A program made the position numbers and the translations under genes. The notes below the pieces were generated by a model. That model was not told the origin of the DNA, did no database searches, and was given only the letters and a program-made list of their open reading frames with translations. From Camelus dromedarius (Eukaryota), in assembly GCF_036321535.1 (NCBI RefSeq), contig NC_087437.1, forward strand, positions 11,472,001 through 11,536,000: 64,000 nucleotides of DNA, in the 5' to 3' direction. Positions 1-13,440 of the stretch are shown piece by piece (within the stretch, counting starts at the first letter, position 1; each line of letters starts with the position of its first letter).

Positions 1-729
1 GCAGGAAGGTGGAAAGTGCTTTGGGAAAAAGAAAACTAGAACCAAGAGGGAGGATCAGAAGTGCCAAGGGTTGTGCTTGCTGGGTGGCTGAAGCATTGAA
101 TAGGGTGGCCAGACATCACTGAAGGATAAGATTCAGATAAAGACTTGGAGGCGGTGCGGGAGTGAGCCCAGTGGATACCTTGGGGGATAGGTGAGGTGTT
201 CCAGGCACAGGGAATAGCCACCTACTGCTAGAGTAAAGATGAAGGAAAAAGTGGAAAAATGCAACTGTGACACACGAGCCAGGAAAGAGATGATATCCTT
301 AATAGAGAAGAGAGTTCTTGAAAATCAGTTAAAATCAGTATCTTGTAGAAAATGGGCAAATGACATGAACAGACAATCTTTGGATAACAGTCAACAGTGA
401 AATATGTCCAATCACACAAGCAACCAGGACAATATGCATTGAAGTAACCTCACTATTGGGCAATCCAATTTGTGAGGATTAAATAATGTCTGTAAGGAGG
501 TGATGAGCTGGCCTCGCTTCTAAATGTTAACGGAAGTGTCAAATGACACAACCTTTTCTAAGATAGTTTGGTTACATTTATCCCCAGACTTTATTCTAGA
601 AATATTTCCTATGGAAATAATCAGATATTAAGACAAAATTTAGGTGAAGGTATATGTACAGCAGCCTTGTTTATAATGACATATATATCTAGATATCATT
701 CAAACTGGTTTCTAGCCCAGGATATATCC

Positions 730-1430
730 GTGAGCATTTGATGCTTCCCAATAAATGTTCCATAAACACCTCCAACTCCCAACATCCAAACTCATTTTCT
801 CCAGCCCCAGTACCATCCCCAAATCTCCTCCTCTTGTCTTTCAGTGAATGGTACCGATGGACATCCAACACCTAAGACACAAACCTGAGAATCATCCTTG
901 ATGGCTTTTCTCTCACTTCCTGAATTCTATCATTCCCATGTTTTATCAATTCTCCTTTTGTATATGTATATATATTTGGTAATTTTTTTCTCAAATCCAT
1001 TCCCATAGAACTGCTTTGGTGCAGCTCTCATCAATTTACACCTTGGCTAATTAATGGCTGCTTACCTGGCCCACAAAAGCCAATCTCAACTCCATCCCAT
1101 CTGTCACATCATCGCCATAGGTCTCTTTCTAAAATATTAACCTGGATCAAATCACTTCCTTGTTTCAATTTTTAAATGGCTTCCTACTGCTGTCGGGTTA
1201 AAATCCAAACACCTGAGGCAGACTTGTGTGAGCTGACTCCTGGGCAGCAGCCCTCTTGTCCTGCCAGTCTGAATTCTTTACTCTGTCCATCACCATCTAC
1301 TTGCAAATTACATACCTCAGTTCTTTCTCTGTCTTTGTACATGCTACTTCCTCTCCTTGCGCCCCACCTCAACTTTACTGTTCCCCAGTTGACTTCTCTT
1401 CACCTTTCCAGATTCAACTGCCAAAAGACA
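730..1430 (+). mobile_element. L2 LINE fragment
   Basis: C/T-rich L2 motifs (CAACATCCAAACTCATT, AAACCTGAGAATCATCCTTGA, ATCAAATCACTTCCTTG, TAAAATCCAAAC). Confidence 0.7.
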
Positions 1431-1464
1431 AAACCTGGGCTTTTAGTTTTGGTCAGTCTAAGTC

Positions 1465-1636
1465 AGTGCATCTCAAAGTCAAGCACGCATGAGTCCTATG
1501 GAGGACTTGTTCAAGTTTCCTGGATTCTACCTCCAGAGCTTCTGATTTGGTAGGTCTGGGGTGAGGCCAGAGAACCTGCATTTTAACAAGTTCCCAGGTG
1601 ATGCTGCTCCAGGGGCCACACTTGGAGAACCACCTG
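1465..1636. mobile_element. MER5-type hAT-Charlie MITE
   Basis: GATTTGGTAGGTCTGGGGTGAGGCC..AACCTGCATTTTAACAAGTTCCCAGGTGATGCTG..CACACTTGGAGAACCAC. Confidence 0.85.
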
Positions 1637-3989
1637 TGTGGAGAAGTCTTCCTTGAGTTTGGCTGATGGCTCGCTTTTTCAGTACTTTAACAAGTGTTTG
1701 CTATGTGAGTATGCATCTATTCCAGCACTTGCATTAGGCTAGGTATTCTGCATAGAGGTACGCAGATGGTCTCTCTCTCTGGTGGGAAGGAGGCAGGGCT
1801 GATGCATACAGTTTTGCAGGCTGGACACCGTGTAAATGGTACCCACTGTGATACTGCAGCTCGGCCAGAGGTGACGATCCTGGGAGTCAGAGAAACAAGC
1901 CTACGGTTTACAGAGCAGTATAATATGTGCCATGATACAAAGATGCATGGTTTTCTTTCAGACATGAGCAGAACCTCCAAACGCAGATATGAATGGGGGG
2001 CCGGGCATCAGACAAGACTTCCTAGAGAATGAGATACCTCCCTTGAGTCTGGAAAGGTGCTGAGACGTCATCTGGGAAACAGTAAAGGTAGAAGGGGGCA
2101 GGGAGGGGGAGTAGCAGGTGCGAAGACACAGAAGCATCATATGTGAGTACAAGCAGATTGTTATGAATGGAGGAAAGAATTTCAAGGGCTCTCATCATGT
2201 TACCTTATATGAGGGGCATTTGTTTGATTTTTAAAAGTTTTAAAAATTCTGTAAGATGGCACACATTCAAAGGGTATATAAAACAATATTACAGACACAT
2301 ATGTACCCACAATTCAGATTTGCTCTATTTGCTTCATCTCTTTCTTTATAAGAAATAAAACATAAGAAACCCTCATGACTTATCTCCCTCTCTCTCCCTT
2401 GTCTTCACCAAGCTAGCCACTATTTTACAGTTGGTGTGTTTTTCCCATGCATTTTTTTTTGTACTTTTATTACGTCAGTGTACAGGCATTTACTTTTTAA
2501 TGAGAGACTCTGTCCAAGATGTTACAGCAGAAATTACAGCGCTTGCCTCGGCAGGCTTCCTGAGAAGACACGGGGAATAGCAGGCAGCCAGTGCCCAGGC
2601 AGACCCACCCTCTCTGATGTGCGGTGGGAAAAACAGAGCTCACACTAGCTTTGCAAAATGCCATCAGAGGGGGTTAAATCAGAAAACTGAGTTCTGCTTA
2701 TTCAGCTGATTTTAAAAGCTGAAATGAAAAGTTATTTTGCCTCGCAGCCAAAGATGTCAAACACACAGTACCTAGAAAGTGGTACTGACAAACTCCATCA
2801 TTTTTGCCCAGCCTCGTGGGGAACATACACAAGAAGCATGTATATACGTGAGTGCACCGTGTACCATGGATGAGAGGACTTCCAGAATAGCCATGCTGGG
2901 GGCCTGGTTCTCTCCTACCAGCAGCACAGATGGGCTTTGATTTTGTCACCTGCAAAATGGCCCGGAACGACTGGCTGCCCACCGGCTTAACTAAAGGGAT
3001 GTGACAATGTTTGGAGCTTAAATTCTTTCTCATTTGGGAACCCATAAAGAAAGTCTATGAAAATATGGCTATCAAATGCATGATGCTACTCCTCCTAAAA
3101 TTAAAGAAAGGAGAGAGAGAATGTGAGAGATCGAGACAGTGAGAGAAGGAAAGAAAGAGAGAGAGAAAGGGGAAAGAAAAGCTGGTTTTCTTCTCCATCC
3201 TGACTTTCTTGCTTCTTCTGGCTTGGTTTCTTATGATAAGATCTTAGTTATCTTTCCTTCGCCTCTTATTTCCCTTAAAAATCTATAATTTAGCCCCTTT
3301 TTACTCTCCCTTTTTCTTTTATTCAGGGATGCCAAAGTTTGAAAATCCTTGCAATTGGCAGTATGGGGCCTTAGAAAAGTTTTATGCTGTTTGTGCTGTG
3401 TGTATTTATTTCTGTATTATTTATCTATTGTCAATAGACTACATCATTCAATTTTTTCCAGCCAATTTTCTGTATGGAAGAACACTACAAAACTGTTTTT
3501 GTTTATCTAGATTCTGTTTCCTAGAAGATTAGCTGAATGTCTTTCTTGGGTTGCCATTCATATATAAGTGCATGTATATATATGAATATATACATGTATA
3601 TGTGTATATGAATATATATGTACATATAATGTATTTTATACACATGCACTCACTCCACAAACGTACACATGTGTGTGTGTTTGCTGAAACATAGTTTTGA
3701 ATTGCACAGCTAATTAATGAATACATTCTCCTTGGTCAATGCAGTCTTCACAAATTCTGCCACACGGATCTCTTCTCTCCTGTCCCTAATGCCACCTCAG
3801 TAATACAAAGCTCAGTACCACAAATTGGCATCCTCAAATCTGCTTCCCATCATGCTGTTCCCTACAAGACTTGTTCCTGTAAAGCGCCACCCTGATCATG
3901 CCTCTCCAGAATTGAAAAGTCTTTAATAGCTGCCTAATTGTGACCCATCTGCTAGATGCTGCCATGGTATTCTTTTATAATCAAATGTT

Positions 3990-4410
3990 ACTTTACTTCT
4001 GGAGGGTAAAGTACCCAAGCTACATTTTCCAGATTCTTTTGCAACCAGGAGTTGGTAGATGCGATTGTAGGTAGAAGCTGTGAGGTGGGAATTCATGTTA
4101 AGGCCTCCTAGACAGGAAAAACAGCTGGTAATGGGTGCCTTTTGTCCCCCTCTTTCCAGCTTTCCTGCTGCTGAGAATTAATGTGTGAGGGCTAGTGCTC
4201 CAGCAGCCATCTTGACCCAAGAGGTAACCTTGAGGATAAAATATACATTTAAGAGTAAAAATACAGAAAGATAGAAGGTACCTGAGTCCCTGATGATAAC
4301 AGAACCACCACTCACCTCCCTCACAACTGTCCTGGGCAGAAAAATAAATGTTTGTGTGTTTGTCACTATTATTTAAGACTTTTTTTGTTATGCACAGGCC
4401 CAAAATAGTA
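3990..4410 (+). mobile_element. MLT1-type MaLR solo LTR
   Basis: CTACATTTTCCAGATTCTTTTGCA, CAGCAGCCATCTTGACC, CCTGAGTCCCTGATGA, AAAATAAA, TTTTTGTTATGCACAG. Confidence 0.75.
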
Positions 4411-5469
4411 GTCTACTCTCTCCACAAATTTGGCTATTTCTCCTCTCCATCCAAGGTAATATAATGTTTAGTTTCAATCCATTGCTTCTCTTCTTATTCT
4501 AGACAGAAAGATGTGTGTTCAAGCCCAGCCCTGCCATGGTGACAGCCACCTCCTCGGGCACTGCTCCTGGCCTTCCACCCTCAGTTTCCCTGTCTGGAAA
4601 AGGAGAAGAATCATAACATGCACATTAAGGTGTTTGTTATTTTTCTCTCTCCCAGTTTTTTAGTTGTGACGAGCCCAGTTGTACCAATAGGAAAAAGAGT
4701 TGTGAGAAGGAGAAGGAAAATATCAAATCAGGTTATTTCCCACTTGTTCACAGCCCTTGGAAGCAGTTTAGTGGCTGAAAAGGTCCAGGTTGCTGATTTT
4801 TAAGAGTCAGTGGGAAAAATATCAATAGATTGGACTTCAGTTAGTGACATTTTACTCTCATTCTCATGAATAACTGAAATCTGACTACATATATGCTACA
4901 TTTTCCTAACACCCCTTGCCCTGTAGCTTACATGTATTTTCACACACGCACATTTCAAGAACATTGGCCCTAGGAGACTCATGTGCCCCAAATCACTGGA
5001 TTGGAGAAGTCATACAATTTGTCTTGGTCCTTGCCATTTGAATAAATTGACTCTTAATGACTTGAAGAACCGGTGCCTTTTCAATAGACGATGAATTGCA
5101 AAAAAGCAAATTCTGTTCAAACTCTTCCTACGTTGTGCAATTTCATTTCTGTTCTTGTGCACATTAAATTGAATTGGTTGGATAAAAATCTTGCTAAATT
5201 AAATTTGATTCGATGGGGACTTTTGCATGCATGTGCGGGCCAAATGCGGTATGTGTGGGTTAAAACATGTCCTGGTTACTTAAAATGATCTTTTTACAGC
5301 TGATTCCGTTTTTCCATAGCCTCATTAGTGGTCTAAATTTTTGTTAATGTGGATCCATCTTATGAGTGAAATAGGCCTTGGCCTTTTTTTTTTTTGGAAA
5401 TCACAGAAGTAGCAGTTAGTTCTTTCTGAAGAAAAGTCACACAGCCCTGAAGTTTGGAACACTGGTGCA

Positions 5470-5641
5470 CAGCCCGCCCCTTGGGTCCATCCGGGGCTGG
5501 TTGAATCCACGGATGCGGGACCCGGGGAAGTGGCGGGTTGACTGTCCTGCACCATTTTATCTACATGAGGGACTCGAGCATCTAGGATTTTCATATGCTG
5601 GGGGTCCTGGAACTGCTCCCCCAGATTCCCAGGGACGACTG
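5470..5641. mobile_element. MER2/Tigger2-type TcMar MITE
   Basis: GGTTGAATCCACGGATGCGG.ACCC and GGGACTCGAGCATC..GGATTTT..GGGGGTCCTGGAAC..AGGGACGACTG terminus followed by TA. Confidence 0.8.
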
Positions 5642-5932
5642 TATCTTTAAAGCCTTCCTGCTCCTGCTTCACGTGACCCTTTCTTACCATTTCCCATCAC
5701 TGTCATCATTTCCTTTTCGAGAACATTCTCCTGGCTCTTCCCAGCCCAGTTTTCTCATCAGGATCTAAAATGCAGGGTTGGCCTCTGGGTCCTCTCTGCC
5801 TGGGCCTATGACCTTAGCAGTATTTCAACCCAAATCATAACCTTCGATGTTCATGCCAGACTTCTAAAACGTGCACACTGAACAATTTAAGTAGAGTTGG
5901 TTCCAAGTATGTCGGGGGAAGGAAAGTCATTT

Positions 5933-6111
5933 AAAATTTTTTTTTTTATTTTTTGAAAAGTGACATTTATTTACTTTGGGTTTTTTTTTTAGAGGAGGGG
6001 TAGGTAATTAGGTTTATTTATTTCTTTATTTTTAGAGGAGGTACTGGGGACTGAACTCAGGACCTCGTGCATGCTAAGCATGCGCTCTACCACTGAGCTC
6101 TACCCTCCCCC
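5933..6111 (-). mobile_element. Camelid tRNA-Ala-derived SINE (Vic-1-like), full length
   Basis: Minus strand reads GGGGGAGGGTAGAGCTCAGTGGTAGAGCGCATGCTTAGCATGCACGAGGTCCTGAGTTCAGTCCCCAGTACCTCC (A box, AGC anticodon arm, B box), then an AT-rich part, TAATTACC and an A tail. Perfect 14-bp TSD AAGGAAAGTCATTT at 5919-5932 and 6112-6125. Confidence 0.93.
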
Positions 6112-9100
6112 AAGGAAAGTCATTTTTAAAGGGCCCAAATGCCTTAGTGCAGGGATGTCAGTGTCCCTTCAGGCCTGAATTCCACTCTGTCACCAGAAGT
6201 TCCACTCCAGCAAGATATGTGACAAGAAAACTTCCATTTTATAGGTCATAAAAAAGCATTCAGAGAAGGAACAAAATATTTAAAAAATTATGAGCAATTT
6301 CCTGGAGTTTACCAATAGTACATGTCAAAGTCATGCACGAATCAAGCAGCGTACTTGCAACGTCTACTCTCAGAACACCAGTAAACACACTTCAGCTGCA
6401 CGATGGGCTAGAAGACCCCAAAAGGGATTCAGTGCATTGTTGTCTGAAATTCTCTGAGATGTTTTTTCTGTTTTTCATAATTACTGAACCAAGAAAGGGT
6501 TGGAAAACCATCGTGGTCTCCTGTCTTCTGTAACTTTGCATAATGACCATAGACCCCATTCAATAAACAGCCACGTAGCTTTAAGAAAGACCATCAGAAT
6601 TTTCAGTATTTAAAGAAGTTCTCAGCATTTTCATCCACAAATCAGCTAATATTTTGGCCTTATCCTCCTTCTTTGTTTTTATTACATATGGTAAAAAGCA
6701 CAGGAGAGTTTTGACAAATGCCAGGCAGCCCACACTTCTGTTGAGATAAATATTTCCATCACCCAAGAAAATTCTCCTGAGCCCATTCCCCGTCAACCCC
6801 TCCTCTCCACGAAGTAACCACTCTTTTAATTGTTATCACCCGAGATTAGTCCTGCCTTCTCTAAAACTATGTAAAAAATGAATCCAGTATACTTTTTTAG
6901 TGTCTAATGTCTCATGTGCTAAGCATCTATAAAATCACCTCTTAGTTTCCTTATCCGTAAACTGAGGGGCTTGCCCTGTAAAAATGGTGGCAAGAATTCT
7001 GGGGAGGTGTAGGTGAAGGTTACCTGGAGAGGGGGTGGTGAGGGGACCTGAGAAGTCACCTTGGTTAGGGGTGTGGAGGGAGAGAAGGCTAAAGAGTGGC
7101 GTTTAGGGCAAGCTTCGTGCCTTCAAACAGAACGGCTGTACTTTTGCATGTCTTACAAATCGGGTTTCATTGAAAGATTGCATTTGGGTAAAAGTTCTTT
7201 GTAAAAAAAAAAAAAGTCAGAGACCTGCAGGTCTAGACGATCCTTACTGATCCTTTTCCCTGGAACATTCTATAAATTACAAATAGTGTTTCTGATATGA
7301 GAGCTGTGACTGGTCCCCTGGAGAGAGGGCTGGGAGACAGAGGCAGCCAGACTGGGGGCCCCCAGGGAGGGCCTGGGCACTGAGCCCTGTAATATTAGCA
7401 CTGGTTACAATCAGATAGCGCCACCCCAGCCGAGGCGGCCGGACAATAGGCCAGAGGCCCTGGCGATGGGAGACACAAAGACAGCATTCAGAAGACCCGA
7501 CTCCCTCACCCGCCAGCGCTGCTCCAGACGCCACAGACCCTGGCCCAGCCGGAACGTCCCCTGACCGCCAGAGAGCCATTTTTCATGCTTAGCTTTTCAA
7601 CTGCTAAAAATAATAAACACAGAAAGGGAAGTGTTGATACAACCTTAACGGCGGAGACAAACTGAAACTGTTGTTATAATAATGTAAACAAACTTGGTTC
7701 CAAATGACATCTTCGTGCTCCCAACAGGCGGCTTGAGACTTCCAAACATCTGGAGACCAGAGGGAGGCCCAGTGGGCTGGGCAGTAGGGGAAGAGGCTCT
7801 GCCCTGCACAGGTGCTCACATCCTATCAGACTTGCTCTAACCAAGGGTGATCTCATCCTTTTGCCTTTCTTTTTTTTTCTTTTTTTAAACCATTTTAGGA
7901 CAGAGAGATTGGAGAGGACTATTGCTTCTTTATCAAGCAGTTTTCCATATAACAAATTAAAAATGGGCTCCTTTCACTCTGACCAATTATGACTTTTCTT
8001 CCTCCAAGTGAATTCATAGCATCCTTTTCTCCATTATGTTGATTTTTGATCCAGTTCATGTTCTATATTTCTCCCAAATACCTACAGAGTTCAAAACTGT
8101 GTTCAGTAACAACAGTAGTAGTGCCACAAATGAGAAGACAATTCCCATAATGTTAAAAAGCGACAATCATAAAGACCACGAATCTGCAAACAGCCAAGTC
8201 AAGCCTGGCATCTAACCTTCCGATCCATGAAATCCAGGGAGGAACTAGGCACCCACGCAGGACGGCCGACGAGAGGGGAACTGCAGATCTGGAAAAAACG
8301 AAACACAGGAAGATAAATAGAAGTGTGGTTTTTTTTGTTTTTTTTTTTTAAGTTCCCCAACATTTGCTTAATCTGCCACTGCTCTTCCTTCTATGTTTAA
8401 ACAGAATCTGGTTTCAGGGCTGCCTCTGATTTTGAATAGATGCAAATAGACTTAGACAAAATCTCATTCCCAAGGGAAGGCGGCTTCAGAGAAAGGGGCT
8501 TTAACATAAGGGTTGTTATAATGCATTATAGGCATTGGACAACGTTTGTGGATCCCAAAGACCTACTTATCTGTGCACAGGACTCCAGGGTTTTGGATTC
8601 CCAGGCTGGGAAGATGGCCAAAAGGTAATGGTGAATCTTAAACATCTTAGGAATTTTGTGCTAAATAGGGGTCCAGCTGGGTGTCAGAGGGCAGTTCCCA
8701 GGCTAGGTCCTAACAAAGACCAGCGTGGGTCGTGCCTCTGGCGAGACGTCAGGGTGTGTGGCTGAGAGGAAGCTACGGAGCTGTCCGGAAGGGATCAATG
8801 CGATGATGCTGGGGACACTTCCCACGGGTGTAAAGCATGGAAGACACAGTCAAGCTGGCCCCAGCCTCGGTTCCTGCAGGAAATGACGTCGCCAGGTGTC
8901 TCTCTGCACAGCCAGTGAGGAACTGCGTTTTCAGTAACTGTGGTTCCACAATTGTTGTTGTGGGGAACTTAGACATCACAGAGGAGCAGAGGTTGGCGGA
9001 ACAAATGTCTGGGTCCCCGCTACTCAGAAGGGACCACTGACAATATTTTGTCCTAATCAGCTATTTTTTTTTCTAATTAAACAAAATAGAGCACATAATC

Positions 9101-9418
9101 TTCTTGACAACCTCACTCCAAGGCCAGACCATGAATTTGTTTGTATCTTTCCAGAACACAATGCTTTTCAACATTTACAAATAATATGTGTTTCCAGGAC
9201 AATGAACAGTGTTTGCATGTTTTTAATTCACCTAGGTGATCCAAGTCTGTGTACCTGTATCTGGCCTTCTACACTTCGACTCAGTGTCACGTGTGTGAGC
9301 TGGCCACTGTGACGGCAGCAGCTCGTGCCCTCTGCTGCCACACTAAGTCTCCGCTCAGTCACTGCCGCTCTGCCCGGGACCATCAAAGCACTTGTCCTGT
9401 CATTAAAGTGTGTGCTGG

Positions 9419-9843
9419 CAACGTGGATGGACCTAGGGATGATTGTACTAAGTGAAGTAAGTCCGACTGAGAGAGACAAATACTATAATGATATCATTTC
9501 TAGGTGGAATCTAAAAAGAAAATACAAATTTTGCTTACAAACCAGAAAAGGATTCACGGACATAGAAAACAAACTGTGATTACTGGGGGTGGGGGAAGAG
9601 GGGCAGGGATAGCTTAGACATTTGGGATTAATAGATACACTTTACTATACATAAAATAGATAAACAACAAGTACCTACTGTCTAGTATACGGAACTGTAT
9701 TCAATTTCTTGTAATGAGCTGTAATGGAAAAAAATCTGCATATATATGACTATATATATATGTATAGCTGAATTATTTTGCTGTATATTTGAAACTAACA
9801 TTGTAAATTGACTACACTTCAAATAAGAAATAAGAATTTTTAA
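9419..9843 (+). mobile_element. 5'-truncated L1 (ORF2 C-terminus + 3'UTR), artiodactyl/camelid type
   Basis: ORF2 end motif ATWMDL..I.LSEVS, 3'UTR with ATAGATAAACAACAAG, A-rich tail. TSD AAAGTGTGTGCTGG (9405-9418) / AAAGTGCGTGGTGG (9844-9857). Confidence 0.92.
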
Positions 9844-10549
9844 AAAGTGCGTGGTGGTTGTGTGTGGATGCGCACGTATGTGTGTATGTACGAGTTTCTT
9901 CTGCAACTCCATCCAGAGCATCTCAAAGTGCTGTTCTTCTGCAGTGTGACTCCATGCAGAGTGGACACTCAGTGTGTTAAAGGCAAAATGGATTTGTTAA
10001 AAATTGATTGGCTTATTATTAATTTTCCTTTTCTTTTTAAAATTTATTTTTCATTTTTTAAAATGTCTTTCCTTTTTTTAACCCTCTTTTTTCCCCCTCC
10101 CCCACCCCTCCCTTTTAAAACAACATTCAGGAAGACTTTGGGCTTGTATTGATCTATTTTCTTCCAAGTCTCTCTCCATTTGCTTTTGTCATAAATCTCA
10201 AATCCCAAGTGTGTCGATATCATCTCATTGTTTGCTAGACAACCAGAAACTCTGATCGTGAGATTGAAGACCACGGCATTTAAGAAGCACATTCTAAAAG
10301 CATTCTCAAAGACCATGTTGGCAAGGCCAGGAAGAAGCTTGTGTTTGTAATTGCTGTGGCTTTAGGGTGACAATGAGGAGATATACACCACTACCCTTGA
10401 CACTAATATCTCAAAACAAACAGTGCCTTTGTATGAAAAACAATACTGAACCGCAGTGTACTTTTTGAGGGTACAATTCTGATTAAGACTTTGAAGACTG
10501 TATGTGAACCTGACTCAGTGAAAACCACCTAAACTTTCTCACCTCATAA

Positions 10550-10800
10550 TTAATAATAATGAGTATTTTAATATAACACTTCTGAAACACATCTTGTGGG
10601 CAGGCTAGGCTAATCCTCTTACCTAAGCTCACTTAACTTAATCCTCACACTGATCAGATGAGGTAGGTATTATTAATAACCCCATTGCTCAGATGAGGAA
10701 AGGAGAGGCAAAGAAGGTTCCAAATTTTGCCCAGACAGTGAAAAAGAGGCTAGCCAGGAATCTCGCTCCGGCAGTAGGTGGTCAGAGGCCTCATTCTGAA
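10550..10800 (-). mobile_element. MIR SINE
   Basis: TTAATCCTCACAC..ATGAGGTAGGTATTATTA..CCCCATT..CAGATGAGGAAAG (MIR core, reverse orientation). Confidence 0.8.
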
Positions 10801-11659
10801 TGACTGAGAACAGGCTCAGGTTTCAGGAGAAAACTGCCGAGGAGAAAACTGAAAAACAGTGTCACGGAGGTGGCTTCCAAGTTTTTCTATAATACAAACA
10901 GACAGCATCTCTTTCATGGTGTGGCTCAAACCAAATTAGAGTTCTCCGCAGAGACAAATTCAAAGTGACTTCCTAGTGATGAAGGAAATTTAAAGTAGCA
11001 AGGTCAAGGCCCAGACCTTTCCAACTTAAACATCCCCATTTTTAATTCTTCGTGTCTTTAGAAAACAGGGATCTGTGAATTTGCTCGTGGCTCAAAGGAG
11101 GTGGCCTGGTTTGTTGACACAAAATTCAAGGCAAAAATGAGAATCGCTCCCTGGGACAACTTTAGCCCAAAATGTGTGTTCTTTACACATTTTTAATTGG
11201 GACACAAATATATTAACAGTGTGGTTATTCTGTACTTTCAAAATTCTGTTTTGTAACTGATTCCTATTTATATTTGGGATACATTAATTTCTGGGCATGA
11301 AGCAGTTCATTTTGTTAAGCCATCTGACCTGAGGTAAGGTTGGCACCATTTCCCAGGACTGCTCCCAATTAATGCAAATTGAAGGTTAAAGTATAAATAA
11401 AGTCCCTTTAACTCGGTTTATTAATATGTTATTTATAAATGACTCTTTACTCGGTCTATTTTTTTTTTCAGTCTGTAACTATGTACAAATGAACTCTACA
11501 GAACAAACTAGCAAATACATAACGTGTATTTTATTGCAAAGTTTTCTTTTAAGAAGAGTTACTATGATGGCAAAAATTTAATGTCATCGTTCTATTTCTT
11601 TGGTCTCAGGTCTCTCATCAAATTCTCTGGAGCCTGGGATAGACTGATTGCATTGCATT

Positions 11660-12830
11660 CACTGCCTACAACTTCAGCCCCCCTGGCAACTACCCTTTTG
11701 CCATGTAACTTCGCAGCTCCTCTCACTAAAGAGGTGGAGTCGATTTCCCTGCCCTCTCTGATGCAGCTTTTGGTCACATGACTTGCTTTGGCCAATGAAC
11801 TGTTAGCAGGTATGCCGCATGTTGAAGTTTGAAAAAGTTCTTGTTATGTTTCTGTGTCTTCTTTGCTCCTCTAACTGCCATGAGGACACGCCTGGACTAG
11901 CTTGTCATGGCTCAGAAACGTGGAATGGCATTGACTCATGTCTCAGCCACCACTGTCCCAGATCAGCCTACGGTAGCCAAGCCCCACACATATTAATCAG
12001 CCCAGGCAAGCTGGGCAGGGCCACCCAGCTGACCCACTGCTGGACACAGATGTATGAGTGTATCCAGCTGGAACTCAAAGAACCACCCAGCCAATCCTCA
12101 GACTCGTGAACTTATAAGTGCCAACTATTTCAAACCATTGAATTTTTTTTTAATTGCAGTATAGTCAGCTTACAGTGTTGTGTCAATTTCTGGTGTACAG
12201 CATAATATTCAGTCATACCTATACATACATATATTTGTTTTCATGTTTTTTCATTGTTTAAGTTACTACAAGATATTGAATATAGTTTTCCCTGTGCTAT
12301 ACAGTATGAACTTGTTGTTTATCTGTTCTATATATCTATCAGTTAGTATTTGCAAATCTCTAACTCTCAATTTATCCCTCCCACTCCCTTCCCCCTGGTA
12401 ACCATAAGTTTGTTCTCTATGTTGAGTCTGTTTCTGTTTTGCAGATAAGTTCATTCATGTCTTTTTTCTTTTTATAGATTCTACATATGAGTCTTATATG
12501 GTATTTTTCTTTCTCTTTCTGGCTTATTTCACTTAGACTGACGATCTCCAGGTCCATCTATGTTGCTGCAAATGGCATTACTTTACTCTTTTTTTTGTAG
12601 CCGAGTAATATTCCACTGTATAAATATACCATGACTTCTTTATCCAGTCGTCTGTCATCTGATGAACATTTAGGCTGCTTCCATGTCTTGGCTATTGTAA
12701 ATAGTGCTGCTACGAACATTTTCGAATTAGCGCTCCCTCTGGATACATGCCCAGGAGTGGGATTGCTACATCGTATGGTAATTCTATTTTTAGTTTTTGA
12801 CAAACCATTGAGTTTTGAGGTAATTCATTA
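11660..12830 (+). mobile_element. MLT1-type MaLR LTR split by the L1 at 12142-12800
   Basis: CTTTTGCCATGTAACTTCGCAGCTCCTCTCAC..GAGGTGGAGTC..GACTTGCTTTGGCCAATG. The LTR 3' end CAAACCATTGAGTTTTGAGGTAATTCATTAC resumes after the L1. Confidence 0.8.
12142..12800 (-). mobile_element. 5'-truncated L1 (ORF2 C-terminus + 3'UTR) inserted into an MLT1 LTR
   Basis: ORF-track peptide MFVAALFTIAKTWKQPKC is the L1 ORF2 C-terminus. TSD CAAACCATTGA at 12131-12141 and 12801-12811. Confidence 0.93.
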
Positions 12831-12979
12831 CTCCTCCAAGTCACGCCCTGCAATGTGACTGTGCACTAGATACAACTGATGCAGGACCTACCACTGGTTT
12901 ACCCAAAAGACAGATGCCCACATAGAAGAGAGTTTAAAATTATGTAATAAAATTCATCAAATAGCCACCAAATGCCAGC

Positions 12980-13440
12980 TGTTTCAGTCAGGTTCAACCA
13001 GGAAAACACAGAGTGATCTAAGTATTTAAATAGAAGGACTATAGTGCCAGGAACTGATTGCCCAGGAGAAGGAAAGCTGTGAAGGCAAACGGGAGACTGA
13101 GGCATCTGGGAGCTCAGTACTGCAGAGAATCCCTGAGCTACAGGAACAACAAGCATGGATGTGTTGATGCTGGAGCCCAGGAGCCAGGGTCTGCCCCCTG
13201 CCACCACCTCTGCAGAAGCTGAATGCTCCAACGGCCTCCCTGGTAGGTTTCGAATCCCCAGAGGAGACGCAGCTGTTATTAGAGAGCCTGCCTGGGGCAG
13301 AGAGTGTGAGAAAGGAACGGCCCAGTTTCCCCCTCTGCCTTCAGTCTCCTGTTCTCCTTCCAGGGCCACCCAGATGGAGGCCCCTTGACTCCAGAACCTG
13401 GACAGCCCAGGCCTTGATGGCAACCTTTCAGTCACACAGG
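12980..13440. mobile_element. ERVL-class LTR fragment (LTR33/LTR41-like)
   Basis: Starts TGTTTCAGTCAGGTTCAACCAGGAAAAC followed by a purine-rich LTR-like body; family call tentative. Confidence 0.45.
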
